From positions 1 through 62,646 of the forward strand of contig LVLI01000873.1 in NCBI GenBank assembly GCA_001687465.1: DNA of 62,646 bases, given 5' to 3'. A program made the translations under genes and the position numbers. This DNA comes from Halocafeteria seosinensis. Its lineage: Eukaryota. Shown here piece after piece: positions 11,589 through 24,978 of this stretch; within the stretch, counting starts at the first letter, position 1; every line of letters begins with the position of its first letter. The notes beneath the pieces were generated by a model, which saw only the letters and a list, made by a program, of their open reading frames with translations, was not told where the DNA came from and did no database searches.

Positions 11589-14499
11589 ATGGCGTCCCCG
11601 AGCGATGATAGACCGAAAACAAAGCCCGCAGAGGAGGAGAAAGGGTTCCTGTCGACACTTATCCCTTGGCTGGAGAGCTTAGACCCGGGTTTCTTTACTG
11701 AACCTCTGGACATCGAGGTGCTCTTGGACGCCGATTTTGTCAGCAATAGGCTGACTTCACGAGGAGAACCTGTCGATGAAGACCTGCGAGAGGAGCTATA
11801 TGGTGCCAGTAAGCCCGTGAACAGTGTCTCTCTATCGTCTGCCAGAGGCACTGGGGAAGCTGGCGCAGCCGCTGAGGAGCAATTAGAGGACGACGGCGAT
11901 GAGAACACCGCCGATAAAGTAACCACTCCTGCTTCCTTGGGAACTCAATGGGAGCGTAGGGTCTTGAACTCGGGATATGTCTCAGAATTGGAGCAGGTAA
12001 GCTTCCATTGGCTGGCGCTGTGGAGACGACTCCCTGTATGGTGTTATCGCGGCGGTTGACCTTTAGCAGATTTTGACCAACGGAGACTCTGCCCGAGGAG
12101 TTGTCAGGTTTAATCCACGTTCAAGGGCGTACGTATTTCCGCCCCGGTAATTAATTGGATCTTTTGAATGAAGAATTTGGTGATGTTTCTACAGAGTGTG
12201 GCATGGGGTGATTTCGCTGACCTTGGAGAGTTATCTTGTTCATTTTGATCCTGCTGGTGTGAGACCTTTATTGCGGAAGCAAATTCGGATAGCAAATCCT
12301 GGTTATATCGAGTATGTCGAACGTGTTTATGCTTCCAAGAGAGACTAATGCTAGTCTTACGATGGGTGATGCGCGATGCAGAGAACCTGTAGAGCTGCCG
12401 TTTGATTTCTCAGTGTACGTTGGCCTGGAGGACGGCAATTTAATGGAGTCGTTTGAGGGAACGTACAGCGCGATCAGGCATAGTCTGTTACTGCACGTTG
12501 AACGACCTTGGTATACGCTGGATATAGAAAAGGAAGTGCCTTTCCAAGTCCAGGTACGCATTATATCCCGTTCTGCTTGCTGGAAGCGTTTGACCACATA
12601 GATCTATCATCTATATCTCCGTTGCAGGTGTGTTTCGAAGAGCCAAGTCCGCAACCAGTTGTTGATCTGGTCACTGAGACTGTTACGAAGCGAGACCTCA
12701 GAGATAGTGAAGAATATGCGGATGTTGAAAACAAAGATGAACTCATTGCTCAACTAGAAAACGACGATGATGAGATGGAGGTAGAGTATGAGGTATTGCT
12801 CGAAGCTGAACAGGCACATGCTATCCAGGTAAGCTATTGCCTAATTGAATGTCTTTGTTCTTTAATGTATGGCTTCCATCCCTCTCCTATACTATTTCAG
12901 CGACAATACGTAGATACCGTGGCCACGGAGGAGTTAAAGAAAACCTCTCGAGGTCCCATCATGACTATTCCTACAACGGGCGCGATCTGCATGTTAGATT
13001 TTAAGAAGGACACGTACGTTTCGGTAGATGAATGATTCTATAGATGGTTTGAACACGGTACACACGGTTCGTCTTGATCTCTTTCGGGTGAAAACAGATT
13101 CCCGCTAACAGGCAAGCTTGAGGGCGAGATTTCCTTTAAATACGTAGTTCACCCAATCGTTCGTGTGGAGCTCCGTTTGGTGAGGGAAGAGCGCGGAGGT
13201 ACGGATGTTGTTCGTTTGGGGTATTTTGCGTGTACCAACATTCACTTCTACAATCGCTTCGGAAATTTTGCAGCAGAAGTAGAGGCTCGCCCAACTGTCG
13301 TGTTTTCGCAATGCGTTCTCGATGTATCAAAGTATACAAGCCGGAAAGCCAGTGCACAGGTATCGCCAACTAGCGGTCGCGGCAAAAACTTTTTCGAGGA
13401 CGGCAACAGCACATTTACTCCGATATACGATCGAGGCACTGTGGAATTCCAGTTGAACCTTAGCCATTTGCATAGTTTGTTTCCCACCATCATCGGGGTG
13501 TCCTCTAGAAGGAACGCGAAACAAAAACGTCGTTCATCGGGAAACACGGCTGCATCGGGAGGCGCAGCGGCCCCGGAAGTTGGTGAGGGCGGCTTGGAAG
13601 ACGTGGAATTATCAGATCATGGGGCGTCGAGTGAAGAGGATGAATTCCCTCACTCTGGTGTACAGCACTCTGCCCCCAAGATGGTAGAAAATTTTGTGAG
13701 TAATAAAGGTACGAAGGAAAGGCCGAGTAAGCAACAGGACGTTGGTGAAGTTCAGGATCTCTTAAGCGATACCGATGTAGTGGATCAAGGAGCTGACGAC
13801 GTGCACTCCTCAGATTCGGCACCTCATTTCGCAATGAAGCGACCTACTTCTGTCCGCTATTTCTTGGAGCTAGAGTTTTCTACGAACGATGAAAATTTTC
13901 ATGTTCCCTTAGAGTTTTACAATGGGGCGTTTGAGACGGTAGCAAGAGCTATTGCGCAGCAGGAGCTGGCAAGGGAAGGACATGAAACACCGTCCGAAGA
14001 CGAGATATCCGAAGCTGTGAAGCGTGAAAGTGTACAGGAAGAAACAAGGAACACCATGGATCGAATTCCAAAAGGAATTTTTTCGAACAGGCATGAGATT
14101 TTCCTATATCGGGATATGGTGCAAGGTTGGTACTCCAGTACGTCCGCTGCGGAAAGGATCGAGCGCGCAATGGAACTCGAGAAGGAGAAACAGAACCAGA
14201 ACGATGGAAGACCCGATTCTGATTATGATGACGATTATACACCAGAGCAGCAGGCCCGGGGCGTGCTCAAACGCTCCAGCAGTTTCGGAGACGATGGTGA
14301 CGAGGAGGACGAGGCTGCAGATCTTCAAGAAGCGGCTGGAGTGAAAATGCGCGGACCGACTAGCGCTGTGGACACAGATGTTCTACCGCGGCCTCATTCA
14401 AGCAACAGTCCTTCGTCTAAAGCGCGGTCTAATGAAGGGTTTTCGTCTTCGCCGTCTTCTGGCTCGCCGTTAAAATCGTCTTCTCGACCGACGACGTAG
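11589..14499 (+). CDS. Divergent VPS26-family (arrestin-fold) protein with long insertions (multi-exon)
   Basis: Segments resemble VPS26 in the correct order: ELPFDF...ESFEGTYSAIRHSLLLHVER; LDFKKDT-FPLTGKLEGEISF...IVRVELRLVREE; SVRYFLELEF; HEIFLYR. GT-AG introns are present. Confidence 0.6.
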
Positions 14500-15434
14500 C
14501 CTGCTGCCATAACAGAGAAGTATCGATTGACGAACCCCATGGTAAATATTGGCGGGATTAGCAGGTGTATGTTGATTCTTCTCTTTCTCTCAATTCCCTG
14601 CTGTTTCCCCCAACCTTGTATAGTATAGTTCTGGTTTCCTGGCTGACTTCGCCGTTGGCGGTCACCAAACAACGGTGGATTCCTACAACTTGTAGTCCAG
14701 GAGATATGGGCCCGTGGTTCCGGAACAGGGCCGGCTCTGGGCCGGTCCTTGTTGGACCAGTTCCCTATGTAATATAGCATATATATGTTTCTGAGTCTAT
14801 AAAAGGGCTTGTTGACAATGTATCACTTTGACTTGTGTATCGTCCTTGAAACTGTCTCTACGGTTGTACCTTAATACGCTCCCCAACCTGCGGTTTTCTG
14901 GGAAGACAAGACTTCCAGGCGTGCTGGCTTAGTACAGGTGTTATTATTGACTGATACAACTCGTTCTGATACCGAACTCTTCGCTAATCATGCTCAACGT
15001 GTCTCGTTTAGGTATGTCTGACCTCCACATATGCTGTAAGTGAGCCGTGGAGACTGAAAAGAGAGCCACGCGAAACTCAGAATCCCGTTCCTGTGGTTCG
15101 CGTGGTTATAAGTGCTTTCTGTCTATCCAACATCTGCTCAAGGGATGCCTTAGTCCTTCCAATGTTGATCACGTCGTTCATGTGTTATGCGACGCGGAAT
15201 GGAGACTGCAATTGAAAAAATAAAGAGATTTTCCCTTGTCTATTGGAAACAGGGTAGGTCAAGGGCGAGCATGCACCCTGACCCTTTTTACCCCCCTTGG
15301 TTCCCCTTGTGAAGGCTGTTCGCTAGAACCCAGGCCTCATAATGCGCAAGGGCGATGATGATGTAGTGGAAACTGCGGTAGTGAATGATTTGCTTCTTCC
15401 CTAACTGCTTGTTGGATCACGGTTGATTTACTTG

Positions 15435-18400
15435 ATGAAATTCGCAGGTAGGAATTTCCTCCGTGGTGGGTGGAATTCCACACAACGCTACGGCAGTAGG
15501 GTAAGACTTTGCTGGAGTATATTCACGCGTGTGTATTCAGTGGTAAATTAATCAAACTCAATTTATCAAATCACACAGGCGCGTTGCCAAGGAATTTCGA
15601 CGACAAGTTCGCGCAAGGAATTGCACCCATCGGAATCCTTCCTTAATGGCACCAATAGCGTCTACATGGAGGAAATGTACCGATTATGGAAACAAGACCC
15701 TTCAGCTGTTCACAAGTCATGGGACACTTACTTTCGAAATGTGGAAGCAGGTCACGGCCCGGGTCAAGCTTTCATTGCGCCACCGCACGTACAACCATCT
15801 GTAACGCCTACTCCGCGTACCGCGGCTGCAGCTGACGCAGGGTCTTCTGACAAGATCCGTATTATGCACCTTGTTAGAGCGTTTCAAGTCCGTGGTCATG
15901 AAATGGCACGATTAGACCCTTTAGGTCTAGAGGGTCCTTCGTAAGTGTTCATTCGCGAAAGTATACGTTGCAGACTATAGAACAGATCGTTGAGGGTTTT
16001 TGCAGGGAAATTCCTGAATTGGATTATCGTACATACGGGTTCACAGAACAAGATTTAGATTGTGAATTTGATACCTCGGGTTTTGCCAACATCCAAGGGT
16101 TTCTGGGCGTTTCAGAGAGGGCAACGTTACGTGAACTTTTAGATCGTTTGAAAGCGTGCTATTGTGGGACCGTCGGAGTGGAGTATATGCATATACAATC
16201 CAGAGAAAAATGCAACTGGATCCGTGAGCGTATTGAACTGAAGGAACCGCTGCAATATCCGAAAGAAAAACGCCGACAGATACTGGACAGGCTTACTTGG
16301 GCTGACTCATTCGAGAGGTAAGTAGTCACGCAAGCGACGTGTCATCTATGCACTACTATCGAGATATATATATATGTATACGTTCTATTCTGCCGTTATT
16401 CAGGTTTTTGGCTGCGAAATACAATACCGCTAAACGCTTTGGCGTGGAAGGAGCCGAGTGCCTCATCTCTGGCACGAAAGCAATGATCGACACGTCGACT
16501 GAACTTGGTGTAGAGAATATCGTCTTCGGGATGCCCCATCGAGGTAGACTGAATGTGCTTACCAATGTCATCCGCAAACCCATGGAAGTTGTGTTCAAGG
16601 AATTTCAGGGAACCCATGTTGACATGGATCGATATTTAGAAAATATTGCTGAAGGAGAATGGTCGGCCACTGGGGATGTGAAGTACCACCTTGGTACTTC
16701 CTATGACAGGAGCTATCCAGATGGAAGACAAGTGCATCTTGCACTGGTGGCTAATCCTTCGCATTTGGAGGCAGTAAACCCTGTTGTTGCGGGGAAAACA
16801 CGTGCCAAACAAGATTATATTGGCGATAATGGTAAAGAAAAGACTATGGGAGTACTGATGCATGGCGATGCCGCTTTTGCAGGGCAAGGTGTAGTCTACG
16901 AAACAATGCAAATGAGCCAGCTTAGGCATTACGGAACCGGTGGTATGATACATGTCATTGTTAACAACCAATTGGGTTTTACTACGGACCCGTGGGACGG
17001 GAGAAGTACGCTATACTGCTCCGATATTGGAAAGGCTTTTGGAGTTCCCGTCTTTCATGTTAACGGGGACGACCCCGAAGCGGTCAACAGGTAAGGTGAC
17101 TAGCAGTATCAGTTCTTTCCCTTCTATTGGTTTTTCATCAGATTGGCTGCTACTGTGTACAGGGTGTTTGAGTTCGCAGCTCAGTACCGAAATGAGTTCA
17201 AAGAGGACGTCCTGATTGATCTAGTGTGCTTTCGAAGACATGGACACAACGAATTGGACCAACCTCTATTTACGCAGCCCAAAATGTACTCGACTATACA
17301 GAAGCATCCTTCTACGGTTGAGCTCTACCGAAAGAAGCTAATAGAGGCAGGTATCGTATCTGAAGAGGAAGTGGAAAGCATGAAGGATTCTGTATGGAGG
17401 ACCCTCAATGAGAAGTTTGAGGCTTCGAAAGATTACCCCAGTGATCAATCGGAGTGGTTGTCATCGCGATGGAGTGGATTTTTCAGCCCTCAGCAGCGTA
17501 GCACAGTGCGAGAAACTGGAGTCCCAAAGGAGGAATTGTCTCTCGTGGGCAATGCCATTGCTCATGTACCCGAGAACGTTAAAATTGTAAGCTCATGTGC
17601 TATTAAGTTGTTGTTCTTCCGTATGAAGTGAGTCCGTTGTGTTCGTTCGCAGCATTCGGGGTTAAAGCGTATAATGCAAGGGAAACAGAAGATGATCGAG
17701 GAAGGAGCCAACATTGACTGGGGCACGGCCGAAGCATTGGCATTCGGGACGCTAATGCGAGAAGGCTACATTGTTCGCTTAAGTGGCCAAGACGCTGAGA
17801 GAGGAACATTCAGTCATCGCCACAGCGTACTCCATGACCAAGAGACTTCTGAAAAATACTTGCCCTTGAACAACATTCCTGTAAGTCTCTAGCTGCCAAT
17901 AAGGCAGTTTCTGCGCTTATTACCGCTGTCTGTACTCGACATGCAGATCGATGAGAGTAAATTTCTTATCGAAAGCGAAAGGGTGAATCGCCCATGGTAT
18001 GAGCCTTGCAACAGTTTCTTATCGGAATTTGGTGTACTCGGTTTTGACTTGGGCTATAGCCTTGAGGCCCCTGATCAGCTAGTACTATGGGAAGCCCAAT
18101 TTGGTGATTTTGTTAACGGGTCCCAAGTTGTCATTGACCAATTTTTGGCTTCTGGAGAGGCCAAATGGCATCGGCAATGCGGTTTGGTAATGCTACTCCC
18201 TCATGGGTATGACGGCCAGGGGCCTGAGCATAGCAGCTGTAGGGTTGAGCGGTTTTTGCAGCTTGTTGATGAGCAAGAAGACTACGTTCCGACAATGGAG
18301 GAAGACGGTAGAATGCAGATTCAGCGGGCAAATATGCAAGTAGTAAACGTTTCTACTCCGGCTAACTACTTCCACGTGATCAGACGCCAACTACACCGGA

Positions 18401-18966
18401 ACTTCCGGAAACCCTTGATAGTCGCCTCACCGAAAAACTTGCTGCGGCACCGGAAATGTGTTAGTCGGTTTGAAGACATGAATGAAAGTACCAAGTTCTT
18501 GCGATTTATTCCCGATACTTCCAGTGTGTCTCCTAGCTCTGCAACTGTGGAACCCGAAAAGGTTCGTCGGTTACTATTGTGCACCGGGAAGATTTACTAC
18601 GAACTAGAAAAGGCTAGGGAAGATGGTGAGCACAATGACGTTGCCATTAGCCGCGTGGAGCAAATTGCTCCGTTCCCGTTTGATCACGTGGCTGCCGAGG
18701 TTCGGAAGTATCCTAATGCTGAGGTCGTGTGGGTCCAGGAAGAACCTCGGAATCAAGGCTACTGGTCATACGTAGCTTCGCGTATTGCGACCGCCACTCG
18801 AGAGCTCAATAAGGAGGAGCGCTATCCCTTATATGTTGGCCGATTAGCCTCGGCAGCTCCGGCTACTGGGACCCCTAGCATTCACGAACGTGAGCAGAAT
18901 GATATCTTGTATACAGCAATGAAAGAGGAACATGAGAGTCCAGTTGTGTCTAACGACTTGGACTAG
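15435..18966 (+). CDS. OGDH: 2-oxoglutarate dehydrogenase E1 component, mitochondrial (multi-exon)
   Basis: [49 protein letters not shown]-binding [32 protein letters not shown] and [14 protein letters not shown]. The Arg-rich first exon [12 protein letters not shown]... is consistent with a mitochondrial presequence. Confidence 0.97.
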
Positions 18967-20419
18967 TCATCATTTTCCCCCGTCTTCCTGAAATCCATCT
19001 CGGTACACACATTGTAACGGGGAACCCACTTTACCTATTGGGTACGAAGACTGGCGATTATTCATAGAATTGGAATTGAATACAACAGTAGCTACCGTAT
19101 TTATGTAAGTTAATTCCACAGGCTAGATTGGCTCGAGACAGCCCGAGAATCCACTTTATTAAAGTTTGTGTTGGCATCGCACCCCTGGCAACTTCTTCGC
19201 TAATCCTCGATTTCCAAGGTAGCTGGAAGTGCAGCATTGGCAGCCTCCCCTCCAAAGTCCATACCTCTCTGGACCATCTATCTTCCTGCCTTCAAGGTGG
19301 TAAAGACGGCCCGTTATCGTTGCCACGTCGCCGGAGTTCCCTTCAGAGGTATTGGCAAGATTCCCACCATGATTGAGCTGTTGCGCACACTGTTCTTAAC
19401 CTTGATGACTTCGTTGAGGATACCGGTGGCTCCTATGATACCACGGGCGCCTGCACCTACGACAGCACCAGAGACGTAAGAATTCAAGTCACCCATAGGC
19501 TTCCCGATTCACCCAGTCCTCCATCTCGTGATGTCTCCTGCTCCTTTTCCGACGATGTCTTTCCTCCTATAGCAGTCTATAATATGCACTTCACCCTTAT
19601 CGGCTGCGGTGTCACGTCGAGCAAATACCACCACTATAGTCAGCATTCATGTGCTGGTGCTATTGCGTGTAGCCAGTGTTCCCATTTGCGATACCTCCAC
19701 CCCACTGAGCAGTTTCAAGGATAACTCCAGTGGAGTATGACGGAGAGACATAGACCCTACCATTCGTATAGGCAGCCGAATTCCCGCAAATTCGAAATAC
19801 GTTTGGGTTGATGAGGCCGCCGAGTCTTTAGAAAGTTTAGCGCACGAAATGATTGTAATTTGTTAAAACGTACTGTAGTCAGTCTGTGTAGTGCCATGAT
19901 ATCTGGCATGGATCATCCAGGTACAGCACTGTCGGTCAGACGGAACTAGAGATACGGGCACCCTACGAGGCTGTTACCAATAGTGATGGTTGGTACAGTA
20001 GGTTTATCTGTCTTCACGTTGCATGGATGTAGTCGTGGTCCATTTTCAATAGTCAGGCGATAAATTGCCAAACTACACTCGTACGTACGCGAGGCACGAA
20101 AAGAACTTTTATTCCCTCTGTGGATTTTAGAGAACTTTCTATGTTGCTGGCAAAACATTTAAAGAAAGGGAATCGCAAGGGGTGTGGTAGCGCAGCTACC
20201 ACACAACAGGCAGCGAGTCCCCTAGGTACGCCGGCTGCGAAGCAGACGACGCTTAGCTAGTTCCTGGTCAGTTCCACTTCCGGGTCTGCGAAATGTTTGC
20301 TGCGTCTGTGATTTGAATCCGGACAAACCACTGCATCTACAACGCTCCGTTTTGGCTGCCTTATATCCCCTCTTGGACGTTTTCTTCTAGGACTCTTTCC
20401 TCCGGTACAAGATAGTAAG

Positions 20420-23400
20420 ATGTCGTCCGCAAGATATGGAGAGATGGATGAGTCCATGGCGGTGGCTAAATTAACTCGTAAACTGCAAAGGGAATTGTGT
20501 CCTGTTAGCAGCACCCATCACAACCGGGACGAGGAGGAAGAAGAGCTTACACGATATGCCTTGCAGATTTTGTACAGTCTAGACCCTCCAGGAGGGTCGG
20601 GAGGAAGGCCGGCAACGTCTGCGTCGTCGGTCCATCATGCACTTGATAAAGTGGAAGCGAAATTGTACCAATACTACGGAAGTGAGAATTCAAAAATCCA
20701 CCAATTTCATGGTCTGAGGAATCGTTTCCTAAAATCGCCTGTATTTGAGCATAAAACGTACGTGATGCACGTGCGTATTCCGATGGAATATGTGGCATAT
20801 GCACTATGTGCCCTCTGTTCGCTTTTCCCTGCAGAGCTATCTTGGAGTGCCTGCTCAACCTGGCGTTTACCAAGCACGATATACCGGCCCCCAAAAGTAC
20901 AAAACCCCACGTAAATCAAAGCAAGAATGGCCAATCAGACTATAGAACGTCTGCTCAACGGGCGACAAGCAAGCAGAGAGAAGGTAACGTTCCTAATCTA
21001 ACATTCTCTTCCCAGGAAGCTGCCAGTGCTCGGGCGCCTCCACGACCTCCCAGCAACCATAGTCAGGGACGGTATCGACCGGAGAGTCGTGGGGACCAGA
21101 GTTCTACCCACGATTCGCAACAATCTTCATTCCGCAGCAAATCAGGAATGGATAACATGCTAGACAGGTCTTTGATCGCTTACAGTCTGGACCAACAGGA
21201 TGGGTCTCATGATGCCAGGAGACGGAAGCTCCCTTTCGAGCTATCTGAGCAGCTTCTTCTTAGGGACTTACTATATGTCTTCCAGGGGATCGATGGAAAG
21301 TATATCAAATTTAATACGAAAACTGACCGGTTCGAATTAGCTGTTGGAAGCGAAGATATTCCGGGAAACACCAAGCATCTTGTCGGGGTTCTGAGTGAAG
21401 TCGGGTGGCTGTACAAACGGGCGAGTGAAGCGATAAATTCTCAAATGGAAAATATTGAAACATTGGGGACTACAGTTCAATCATTCTGCTCTTGTTTGCA
21501 AATGGAACTAGATGACTTCTTTCGCCTTCTTGCCGTCCTGGAGAGTCAGCTTAACGTCTCTGCTATTCATTCGGTGGACTCTGATGAATTTAGTTCCAGC
21601 GAAGTATCCCGTCATGCGCGCTTAGTTCCGAATAGCCTCACCTTGAGGCGTCTCTTTACGTGGATGCAAGCTCCTATGCAGCGTCTCAGAAACCTCTGCA
21701 ATATCGCGGAGTCTTGCCGTGGCCTTCGTGGCGGTGCTTTAGTCTCTTGCCTGTATGATTTCGCCCGAAACGGTGACCCGAACGTTCAGACGTTCGTTGG
21801 AAGAATCCTCAAACGTACGACATACCCACTATTGGGAAAATTATGGTAAGTAGCTCATATGTGGATGTATTAGGTACCAAGAACATTATGACCGTATTCA
21901 TGACAATGCCAGTCGATGGATCTTAGAGGGTGAGTTATCTGACGAAAGGGGTGATTTTTTTATAGCTTGTGATGAGAGTATTGGGAAGGATAACTTGTGG
22001 AATGAAAAATATAGCTTCCGGCGGTCGATGCTGCCCAAATTTGTTGGTAAGTATATCGACGCTGTAGAATGATACTCTAGTTACTTAACAGAAAGAGTCG
22101 AAACGCAGACGCGGAACTGGCGCGGAAAGTGCTATTGGTCGGAAAGTCTATCAATTTCATTCGGTACTCTTGCGAGGACACGCCGTGGGTGCTTGAAATG
22201 TCAAATAAATTAAGATCAATGTACCCCGAGGCAGCTGCAATAGCCGACGGATCACCAGTTAACACAACAGGTAGCGTAGTAGAGGAAGCCAAGGACGCAC
22301 ACAGTGTCAAGGAGCAAATGTCCACGACTCCGGGTTTGGACATGTTGAACAAAATCAGACCCATGGTTGCTGAGGCTCAACGAATTGCTAACTTTCGTGT
22401 AATGGAGCTTGTACTCAATGAGCATAGGTACGCTGTACTGGAATATTTTGTTCTGAGAGTTCCCCGTCTGTACCGTGCTGACGTATTTTGCAGACTGTTG
22501 GAGCATCTATATGCCATAAAGCGTTACTTGTTGCTTGGTCAAGGTGACTTCGTTACGACTCTGATGGGGATTATAGGGCCCCATTTAGACAAGCCAGCCG
22601 TCGACGTGGCCTCAAGTTATCATACTTTGGTCGGGATGCTGGAGCAATCGATCCAGGCGAGCAATGCACAGTTTGATAAAGAGGACATACTCGGTCGTTT
22701 GCACATTAAGGTTCGTTAGTTTTCGCCGGGGAAGGGTCTTATTGCACAGGGAATGGTAGCTGTCTTCTGCCTATGCAGTTATATCAAGAATCTTCTGGTG
22801 AGACTGGATGGGATATCTTCTCACTCACCTACTACGTTACAGCTCCTCTCACTGCCGTGCTGACAAACGATGCTATGGCGACTTACGCGAGACTCTTTCG
22901 TTTTTTGTGGCAACTGAAACGTGTGGAATATTTGCTGAGCAACACGTGGTGCCGTCACATGACTGCGGCTCACGCGCTACGGGTATGTTCTTCCTGAAGT
23001 AAAACGGATGGGCACTCTTTTCTCGTTAGCTATCCTGCAAGCTTCATTATTACGTCCCCTGCAGCATTTTTCGGTATTGGGCCGTGTGCTCCATCAATGC
23101 CACTTGCTTCGTTCCGACATGATAAATTTTGTTCTGGCACTTAGTAATTACGTAATGTTTGAAGTGTTGGAAACCTCGTGGCAGTGGCTTGTAAACAAAA
23201 TCAAAGGGGACGACGATGCTGCTACGGCCGTTGCATTAGGAAGGGCTGATATGCCTACAGCTGCTGAATCTGGTGTGGAAGTATCTGACATAGCTGACGG
23301 AAGCAAGGCCAAGGGAGCTTCCGAATCACCCCGGAGTACCACCTCTGCTAACCGGGGAGCAAGAGGTAGAGGTGGAGATCCGCACGCCACGAGTGATACG

Positions 23401-24051
23401 TCTAAATGGTGGAATCGTGACCTTGACCTCAGTGGTCTGATCAAAGCTCATGAGGAATACTTGGCCAGAATTATGGAGAAAGCATTGTTAACGGGTACGC
23501 TGCTTTGCATTGAGAAAGTGTTTCACAGGCGTTGGATACTTAGTATTCATGGCATCTGCAGGCCGCTCCTCTCACATTGGACCCCATATCCAAGACTTGC
23601 TGGATGACGCAATCAGGTTTGCGAGAACTCAAGAGCGCCTTTACACAAAAGCATTGACCATAGCTACGCGAGTTCAGAAAGAAATTAAGGAATTGAAAGA
23701 TCAAGGTTATGATTATGACGCCGCTGAACGTAGAGCACAGCAGCATTGCTATCGTGAGATGGCTTCATTGGCCAATCGGTACGAAAATGAAATCGCGGAG
23801 CTAGTTATTGTATACCGTGAGCGAATGCTAAAACTCCTTGAGTCACTGGAGTCTGGTGGTGAGGAGTAAGTGTGCTCGTTAAACGAAGTCGCTAGTAGAA
23901 GGCTTGCAATTCACTTTTTTGTACAATATTTTGACTTGACAGCTTGGAGGAATTTCGCTTTTTAATGTTCCGGTTTGATTTCAACATGTTCTACGATAAC
24001 CTACACCTACAAAGGGTGGCGGGAAACGAAGAAGAGCATGATGACACATAG
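20420..24051 (+). CDS. TUBGCP3: Gamma-tubulin complex component 3 (Spc98) (multi-exon)
   Basis: LLRDLLYVFQGIDGKYI, LSEVGWLY, LTLRRL, RGGAL, GKSINFIR, AIKRYLLLGQGDF, GWDIFSLTY, FLWQLKRVEY and C-terminal FRFDFN. LLLGQGDF favours GCP3 over GCP2. Confidence 0.92.
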
Positions 24052-24978
24052 ACCAGTAGGCTGTAACATGCCGTTTGAGGAAGGTGCAGGGCATAGATTA
24101 CCAGGCTCACCTCCGCGGTTGACCAGGTAACACTTTTCTTGTTTCCAGGTTACGCCGGCAGCTACGACTCTAGATGTCAATAGAGCTACTAGCGTGGTGG
24201 GTATGTCGCACCTACTCCTGCCCTCCGATAACCGGAAGCCCGCACTTGGGCTCAGTAGAGACAAACAAACTGAAAGCCAAGCAGCACTGATAATCCAATG
24301 AAAAGAACCGTGGGTTGATCCTTCTGCTTGTCGCCATCCGGTACAGGTCGGATGGTGGCCACCCTTAAGGGATGTTTGGTTTCCTACGGCTTCTCTCCAC
24401 AGTCCGGGCTTCGCGAAGCGAATTGTAGAGAGGACTGACATGTCCTCGGTGCTACGCAGCTTGTGGGTTCTTGCAAAGATAGGAACGGTGATAAGTTGTT
24501 GTCTGATATCTGCCGACTGTGAGAGAAAAGAAAGAAGATACAGAAGTATTGGGAAGCAGAAAGTGACAGCTCCAGTACGGCGAGGAAAGCGATAGCTCCT
24601 GTACCACTTCCACTTCTTCAAGCTCGAAAAGGGGCGGCAAACACTACCGGTAACCCCAACTGTCTTGAGGCAGTTTGTCGGCGTCAATCTCCCAAACACT
24701 GTACTTCGCGACCTTGAGTATAGAAAACCTGATCATCGATATTTGGATTGGTGGCCATGCGACGGAACCCCACGCCTGAACGTAACCGCGAAGTCGTTCA
24801 GCATAGGTGTATTTGGACTCCCACCTAGACAATAATATTTTTCCAATTAGCCATCGCCCTTTAGTGAGGTTTTATTTTCAGCAGAAGACTTCCCTCAATA
24901 GCAGCGAGTCGTGCAGTTCAAGTTCATGACCCAATCGCAAAATAACAGCCTCGGGATATCGGCACTAGGTCTTAGCAG

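Noticed and set aside
19314..19570. Minus-strand small ORF with an upstream in-frame TGA (RTG*IGKPMGDLN...) as a second selenoprotein
   Set aside because: No redox motif or family resemblance, and I saw no SECIS nearby. It may be a degraded fragment or noise.
20275..20283. CACTTCCGG (ETS-like) promoter motif, also at 46535-46543
   Set aside because: Only two exact intergenic hits, and similar CCGGAAGT words occur inside CDSs; not distinguishable from chance.
24007..24699. 230-aa minus-strand ORF between GCP3 and CHMP3
   Set aside because: Non-ATG start, no recognisable motifs, and overlap with the GCP3 end; not supportable as a gene.
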